A program made the position numbers and the translations under genes. A stretch of DNA of 15,344 nt from Rhodospirillales bacterium (GTDB lineage: Bacteria > Pseudomonadota > Alphaproteobacteria > Bin95), in assembly GCA_038143065.1 (NCBI GenBank), contig JAYQLI010000015.1, forward strand, positions 1 through 15,344, written 5' to 3'. This document shows, in pieces, positions 9,799 through 15,344 of this stretch (position 1 is its first letter; each line of letters begins with the position of its first letter). Under the pieces are notes generated by a model. It worked only from the letters and a program-made list of their open reading frames with translations, was not told the origin of the DNA and made no database searches.

Positions 9799-10486
9799 TT
9801 AGCTAACTACAACGGTGAGTTTACTTAGACCGGAGATTTCTACCTCCATTACATCACCTTTCTCCACTGCTGCCACGCCAGAGAGGAGTGCCCGAAAGTA
9901 TTACATCTCCTGGGGCAAGTTCATAGTGCTCAGAAAGATAGGAAATTTGCTCTTGAACCTTCCAGATCATCTGATTCAGATCACCCTCTTGTCGGGTCTC
10001 ACCATTAACCTTTAAGGTAATAGACCCATTGTCTAGGTGCCCAACTTCCGATACTCGATGCACTGGACCAATTGGTGCTGACGATTCAAAAGCCTTGCCA
10101 ATTTCCATGGCCGTCCTTAACTTTTTTTGTATGCCCTGCAAGTCGCGTCGGGTCATATCGAGCGATGCGGCATACCCGTAAACGCATTTCAAAGCATTTT
10201 GCACTGATATGTTACGCCCGCCTGGATCCAAGCATAACGGCCATCTCGACTTCATGGTGTACGTCACTACTTTTTGGTGGGTATGGAAAGTTACCAGATG
10301 TATCGAGGTTGTCGGGATTTTTCTGAAAAAGAAGGGATCTTCTTTATCTGGATCATGGCCCATTTCCACAGCATGCGCAGCATAATTTCTTCCAATACAA
10401 TATACTCTACGTACTGGAAAAACCTCGTCTGTGCCGATTATTGGTAAGGTAGGTTGATGTGGTGGTTCTATTGCAAAATTTGACAT
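9799..10486 (-). CDS. Fumarylacetoacetate hydrolase-family protein (fumarylpyruvate hydrolase / acylpyruvase NagK/YcgM-like); frameshifted
   Basis: PTLPIIG..EVFPVRRVYCIGRNYAAHAVEMGHDPDKEDPFFF, (VH)HEVEM, GYAASLDMTRRDLQ, EIGKAFESSAPIG, LKVNGETRQEGDLNQMIW, LAPGDVILSGTP. RBS AAGAGGG before the ATG at 10486. Confidence 0.92.
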
Positions 10487-10511
10487 TTTTTCCCTCTTAG
10501 TTCGCTTGAAT

Positions 10512-10528
10512 AATTGGTTCAACCAATT
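10512..10528. promoter_or_regulatory. FadR/GntR-type operator palindrome 1
   Basis: AATTGGTT-C-AACCAATT, a perfect inverted repeat matching the AATTGGTnnnACCAATT consensus of PdhR/LldR-type regulators; 25 bp upstream of the leftward operon start. Confidence 0.85.
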
Positions 10529-10605
10529 TCATGGCAAACACTAAAAGTCAACTTTTTCCCTTGATGTTCGATCCAATAAAGAGAATGATTGGGACCAATA
10601 CGAAT

Positions 10606-10620
10606 ATTGGTTCAACCAAT
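10606..10620. promoter_or_regulatory. FadR/GntR-type operator palindrome 2
   Basis: ATTGGTT-C-AACCAAT, core identical to operator 1; 30 bp upstream of the regulator ATG. Confidence 0.85.
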
Positions 10621-10650
10621 TTAATACATTGGAGCATTGGTATCGATAAT

Positions 10651-11330
10651 ATGGCAAGTCCAGACAACAAAGATGCGCTATCACTACTCCGTACAATGAT
10701 TGCCGAAGGTGGTTGGGCGCCCGGTGGCCGTCTTCCGTCTGGAAAGAGCGCTTACGCAAAAATTGAATGTTGGAAGATCTAGTCTGCGACGCGCATTCGA
10801 TACATTGGAAAGAGAGGGTTTGATATGGCGGCGAGTGGGTCAAGGGACTTTTGTGTCTGAAGGCCCGACTGAAAGTGCGTTTGAAGATATTCAAAAAATG
10901 TCTGAAAAACATTACACCCGTGCAGTTGCTTCGTGCCCGATTAGCTTTGGAGCCGATGATTGCAAAAGAGGCTGCGATCAATGCAACAGAGGTGGATATT
11001 CGAAGCATTAAAGAAGCTATGACAGTCGCTGAAAAGGCGACCACGTGGCATGAATACGAAATCGCCGATGATAAATTCCATCTCCTTATCGCCAATGCGA
11101 CCCAGAATCCCCTTCTTACTTCAATGTTTTCATACATGAACACAATCCGCAGGGCAGTTTCTTGGAATAAAGTTCAGCGTAGTTCGGTTGGGCCAGAGAT
11201 TGGTCACCCAAGTTTTTTAGAGCATCAAGAAATTACAACTAGTATAAAACATAGAGATGCAAATGGAGCTGCAACGGTTATGCGGACACATCTCTATTCT
11301 GTTTCGCAGCGATTATTTGGGGAGAGCTAA
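10651..11330 (+). CDS. FadR/GntR-family transcriptional regulator (wHTH + FCD domain); two apparent frameshifts
   Basis: [68 protein letters not shown], then [46 protein letters not shown]. Confidence 0.93.
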
Positions 11331-11401
11331 AATTAATACCAACAGCAGTTAGACAGTAAAAAGCTGCACTGCAAATCAATCAAAATCCAAGGGAGGATTA
11401 T

Positions 11402-12382
11402 ATGTTAAAGTTCGTTAAGAAAAAAATTCAGGGCTTAATACTTGCCCCGTTGGCAGCGTCTGTATTGGCGACCAGCGTTTATGCAGACACCATAAAGATC
11501 CCGCACTTGCAGAGCCGCCCTCAGATGAACTAGCGGCGTTCTTCGTTGCGTTAGATCGTGCGAAGGCGAATGGTCTTAATTACGAATGGACTGCCTTTTC
11601 GGATGAAGAGCTTGCAATTCAAGCAGTGTTAAGTGGTCAAATGGACATCGGGTTTGGAACGCCTTATGCTGCAATGCAGCGTTCTAAAGCGCCCCTTAGG
11701 ATAATTTTTCAGCTATCAAAGTTGAAGTTTTTCCCTGTTACGACAAAAAAATATTCGAATCTATCAGATCTAAACGGCGAGCCAATTTTATTGCATTCGC
11801 GTGGTGGAGGCACCGACTCAATTGCTAACGTTATCGAAGATAGATTGAATATGAAGTTTGGCGAACGGTCTTACGTGCCGGGCTCCTCAAACAGGGTTGC
11901 GGCTTTGCTTGGTGGACGTGCAGATGCAACAATAATCGATTTGTCCAATAAAAATAAACTGATGAGAAGTGAAGCTGGCTCTAATTTCAATGTTCTTGAA
12001 ATGTTTGATGTCGAGGCCAGCGACGAAGCACTTTTTCGGCAATTTAGATTGGATCAAGAACAACGAGGCTGATGTTGATATTTTCGTGTCGGCTTTGTTG
12101 TCAGTTTGGCGTGATATGCATGAAGATCCCACTATAATCCGTCGTGAAACAAATCCAGATGGACCAATTGGACAATTACCTGCAGAAATTCTAGCGGAAC
12201 TAGATGGCTTCTATGCTGATGCCGTTGAGGGTGGATTGTACGATGCTGCTGGAGGCGGTCGAAAAGCTGCTCAGGCGGATATGGAGTGGTATTCTGCTGC
12301 AGGTCAATTGAAGGTAGTGCTAGCGATCTGAATATTGGAAGATTTCTGGTATCTAAAACCATTAGATAAAGCATCACAATAA
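11402..12382 (+). CDS. ABC transporter substrate-binding protein, NitT/TauT (NMT1/THI5/SsuA-like); frameshifted
   Basis: RBS GGGAGG; Sec-type signal MLKFVKKKIQGLILAPLAASVLATSVYA; EELAIQAVLSGQMDIGFG, DLNG..I..HSRGGGT, GSSNRVAALLGGRADATI; ends FWYLKPLDKASQ*. Confidence 0.85.
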
Positions 12383-12389
12383 GTTTTGC

Positions 12390-12416
12390 GCGCCACGCAT
12401 GCAAATTGCGTGGCGC
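12390..12416 (+). terminator. Intercistronic stem-loop after the ABC binding-protein gene
   Basis: Perfect 10-bp inverted repeat GCGCCACGCA-tgcaaat-TGCGTGGCGC just after the stop at 12382; no downstream U-tract. Confidence 0.65.
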
Positions 12417-12436
12417 ATTCCTCAGTGAGTGAGATC

Positions 12437-13197
12437 ATGAAAAACAGAGCTCTTCTTCTTAAATTTTTATCAGCATTAGCACTATGCATTGCCTGGGAAG
12501 TAGCTGGCAGAATACCGGTTAGTTATGCATTTCCCACCTTTCTGAGAGTCGATGGGCGCTCTTATAAATATGACACTTGATGGTACATTGATGTCCGCAT
12601 ACGGTGAAACATTGCGACCTCTTATCATAGGGATTGTCATCTCCGCGATCTTTGGCGTTGCAGTGGGGATCTGGGTGGGATTAAGCGAATTTTGATTGGT
12701 TGTTTTCACCAATTTTCATAGTAATGCAGGCAGCACCGCTGGCAGCCCTGATACCTTTACTTGTCTTAGCGTACGGCATTGGGCTGACATCGAAAGTGAT
12801 CGTCGTTTGTATCATGGCAATGCCGGTAATTGTACTGAATACCAGTGGCGCGGTAAAAAAACACTCCAAATCACTCAAAGAAATGGGAACATCATTTCTT
12901 GCTTCGAAGTTCGAAGTCATTTTGCGGATTGTCATACCCGCTGCGTCACCTGTTTATTTTCGCAGGTTTACGCCTTGGTGTGTCCGCAGGCTTTATTGGA
13001 GCGATACTTGCCGAGTTAAAAATTACTCCTACCGGCGTTGGGGATATAATCACCTATAGTCGTTCGTTGCTGATTACGCATCTATGTATGCTGCGATATT
13101 CTCGATAATTGTGCTGTCGGTTATATTTCTAAATCTTTTAGACAAACTTGAAACTGTTCTATTCAGAGGAAATCAACGTGGATACATCTCAGACTAA
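12437..13197 (+). CDS. ABC transporter permease (NitT/TauT, SsuC/TauC-like) 1; frameshifted
   Basis: MKNRALLLKFLSALALCIAWEVAG..FPTF, SPIFIVMQAAPLAALIPLL..YGIG, VIVLNTSGAVK, LRIVIPAASP.IFAGLRLGVSAGFIGAILAEL; ends FRGNQRGYISD*. Confidence 0.88.
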
Positions 13198-13989
13198 CGT
13201 AATCGATCCAAAGATCGACAAATCATCCAACGATGTTGCTGTTTCTGTAAGCAATTTATCTAAAAATTATGGTGAAGTTGAAGCGTTGAAGGATATGTCC
13301 CTAGAATTTCCTCGCGGGCAGTTAACTTCGTTGCTTGGTCCTTCTGGTTGCGGAAAAAACGACGCTGTTAAAAATAATTGCTGGATTGCTCGAGCCAAGT
13401 TCTGGTACAGTCAGCGTGAATGGAAAAAGCAGTAGCAGGACCTGGACCAGACAGAGGCATTTGTATTTCAGGATTTTGCTTTGATGCCGTGGGCTTCGGT
13501 CATCAAAAATGTTTCTTTTGGGCTCGAAATGCGCGGCGTCGCGAAAAATGAAAGAGATGAGATTGCTGCTAATTATATCGCTGAAGTTGGTCTTCAGGGG
13601 TTTGAGAATAGTTTTCCACATGAGCTGTCGGGTGGGATGCGACAGCGCGTCGGTTTAGCTAGAGCACTGGCTGTAGACGCGGACGTGCTACTGATGGATG
13701 AGCCATTTTCAGCAGTTGACGAGCAAACAAGACGAAAATTCCAGGAAGACCTACTGGAGCTTGTTGATAGTAAAAACAAGACGTTTATTTTTGTGACCCA
13801 TTCCATCGAGGAAGCAGTTTATGTATCTGATCAAATTGCAATATTACTCCCGAGACCAAGTCGGGTATCAGAATCACTCACGACCTTCAAATTTCAAAAG
13901 AAAAAGGAGCTGACGCAATACGTCGTGATAGCGAGTATTTAGATATCGTTGATGATATTTGGGCGTCGCTGCGAAACTATGTTGAGTGA
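13178..13989 (+). CDS. ABC transporter ATP-binding protein (NitT/TauT, SsuB/TauB-like); frameshifted
   Basis: GTG start after AGAGGA; Walker A LLGPSGCGK(T), VFQDFALMPW, signature FPHELSGGMRQRVGLARAL, Walker B LLMDEPFSAVD, H-loop FVTHSIEEAV; ends IWASLRNYVE*. Confidence 0.93.
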
Positions 13990-13998
13990 GAGGTAAAT

Positions 13999-14758
13999 AT
14001 GCAGATATTTGGTTTTAGGTTACCTGGGATGTCATCACTTATTTTATGGGGAATTTGTGGGAAATAGTGGGTCAATTAAAGGTCACATTCTTCGTTCCCG
14101 CATTGAGTACAGTGCTAAAAACGCTCTTTGAAATAATAGGTACACAGGCATTTTCAAAACGCGCTCAAAAAGAAACGGGTTATGCGTTTTCATCTGGCGT
14201 ACTCTACGCGGTTTCGATTGGAATAATGGTGGGCGTTTTGATGGGTAAAAATCGTCTTATTGATGAGTTACTGTTACCTTGGGTAAATGTATTCTAAGTG
14301 CTCCACTAACAGCATTGGTACCGGTGTTGATGGTTCTATTTGGGTTTGGGACAGAAGTCGATAATTATTACAACTTCATTGTTTGCCGTTTGGATCATAA
14401 TTTTAAATACGCGCGCTGGTGTTAAGCAAATCAATAGGTCTCTCATTGAAAATGGCCATTAGCAGTTTTGGAGCATCTCCTGCACAAGCGTTTTTCATAA
14501 AATATATTTCTGGGCAGCTCTTCCGGAAATTTTGGGCGGTGTAAGGATTGGAATTATTCGTGCTGTAAAGGGCGTAATAATCGGGCAATTATTAATATCC
14601 ATTGTGGGGTTCGGTGCTCTATTTGAGCTATATTCTGCGAACTTCTTGATGGGTCATTTTTGGGCAGTATTGATTGTCCTGTTTGCAATGGCTTTCAGTA
14701 TTTCAGAATTATTGGCATACCTTGAACGAAGGTTGCTTACTATGCCTCCAATCGCTGA
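13999..14758 (+). CDS. ABC transporter permease (NitT/TauT) 2; frameshifted
   Basis: RBS GAGAGG; MQIFGFRLPGMSSLILW..LWEIVG..FFVPALS, LLPWVNVF(L)SAPLTALVPVLM.LFGFG, IILNTRAGVKQINRSLIE, AALPEILGGVRIG..RAVKGVIIGQL. Likely end AYYASNR* at 14758 (14771 if there is no final indel). Confidence 0.87.
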
Positions 14759-14789
14759 CCGCATCAACTAGATTGAATGGATCAGTAAA

Positions 14790-15344
14790 ATGAAAACAAC
14801 ACTACACGATTTGATCGACCAACATCCAGATCATGCCATTGCAATCGGTGAACCCGGGCGGGAATGGTTAACATATGCGGGATTGCGCAGCATGGCGACA
14901 TCGGTACGCCAAAGCCTACGTCAGTTCGGAATTGGTGCGCAGGACCGCGTGGCAATCGTTCTGGCCAATGGATCGGACATGGCATCGGCCTTTGTCACCA
15001 TCGCGCAGGCGGCAACCACTGCGCCGTTGAACCCCAGTTACCGCGAGGATGAATTTGCCTTTTACCTTGAGGATTTGGGCGCCAAGGCGATTGTCCTGAA
15101 AAATGACTATGATGGTCCTGCACGTCAGGCGGCGGAAAAATTGGGATTGATTGTTTTGAACTTGATCCCAACATCGCGCGCGGGCGAATTTACATTGGCA
15201 GGCCCCGATGCAAACGCCGCGCAGGATGTCACCCCAACCGCGGATGATGTTGCGCTTATCCTGCATACATCGGGCACAACATCGCGTCCGAAAATTGTGC
15301 CCCTGTTGCAGCCAACAGCTATAAGTAGATCGCGAGCCCTCCGT
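14790..15344 (+). CDS. AMP-binding acyl-CoA synthetase, oxalate--CoA ligase (AAE3/Pcs60)-like; 5' part, runs off the window; absent from the ORF track
   Basis: Open frame of 185 codons: MKTTLHDLIDQHPDHAIAIGEPGREWLTYAGL..GIGAQDRVAIVLANG..TAPLNPSYREDEFAFYLEDL..DDVALILHTSGTTSRPKIVPL. The APLNP.Y...EF.FYL.D and LHTSGTTSRPK motifs are typical of oxalate--CoA ligases. Confidence 0.85.
   Translation, partial: MKTTLHDLIDQHPDHAIAIGEPGREWLTYAGLRSMATSVRQSLRQFGIGAQDRVAIVLANGSDMASAFVTIAQAATTAPLNPSYREDEFAFYLEDLGAKAIVLKNDYDGPARQAAEKLGLIVLNLIPTSRAGEFTLAGPDANAAQDVTPTADDVALILHTSGTTSRPKIVPLLQPTAISRSRALR

Noticed and set aside
1164-10326. Numerous short plus-strand ORFs across the leftward operon
   Set aside because: All are antisense to genes with strong family motifs and have no independent support.
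10541-11143. 200-aa minus-strand ORF
   Set aside because: Antisense shadow of the GntR regulator; no recognisable motifs.
594-14758. Programmed frameshifting or phase variation as the cause of broken ORFs
   Set aside because: Indels are too many, occur in both directions and affect unrelated genes; no consistent slippery site or long repeat tract.
14916-15266. 116-aa minus-strand ORF (and 14782-14985 minus, 14864-15052 plus)
   Set aside because: They overlap the well-supported acyl-CoA ligase frame starting at 14790.
1-15344. CRISPR array, tRNA/rRNA, insertion sequence or defence system
   Set aside because: By eye I found no regularly spaced repeats, RNA gene signatures, transposase motifs or defence-type domains.

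Overview
The window is almost entirely one divergently arranged bacterial catabolic gene cluster, probably alphaproteobacterial (inferred from gene content and protein style). Dense single-base indels break most genes into pieces, so I reconstructed genes by reading across frames. Leftward operon (10486 to 594): FAH-family acylpyruvase, 4,5-dihydroxyphthalate-decarboxylase-like protein, TauE/SafE membrane protein, tripartite tricarboxylate transporter (TctC with a Tat-like leader, TctB, TctA), His-rich LVIVD-repeat beta-propeller, OsmC-family protein, [2Fe-2S] subunit and an IorB/NicB-like molybdopterin hydroxylase large subunit. The last four genes are chained by ATGA overlaps. Rightward: FadR/GntR regulator, a NitT/TauT-type ABC transporter (binding protein, permease, ATPase, permease) and, past a GC step, the 5' part of an oxalate--CoA ligase-like AMP-binding enzyme. 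The divergent intergenic region has two identical ATTGGTTCAACCAAT palindromes of PdhR/LldR type. The best novelty candidate is an oxygenase-free pathway for an unknown (hetero)aromatic carboxylate, built around the LVIVD-OsmC-Mo-hydroxylase module. The substrate cannot be determined from sequence alone. The left 600 bp may be an eroded island boundary.
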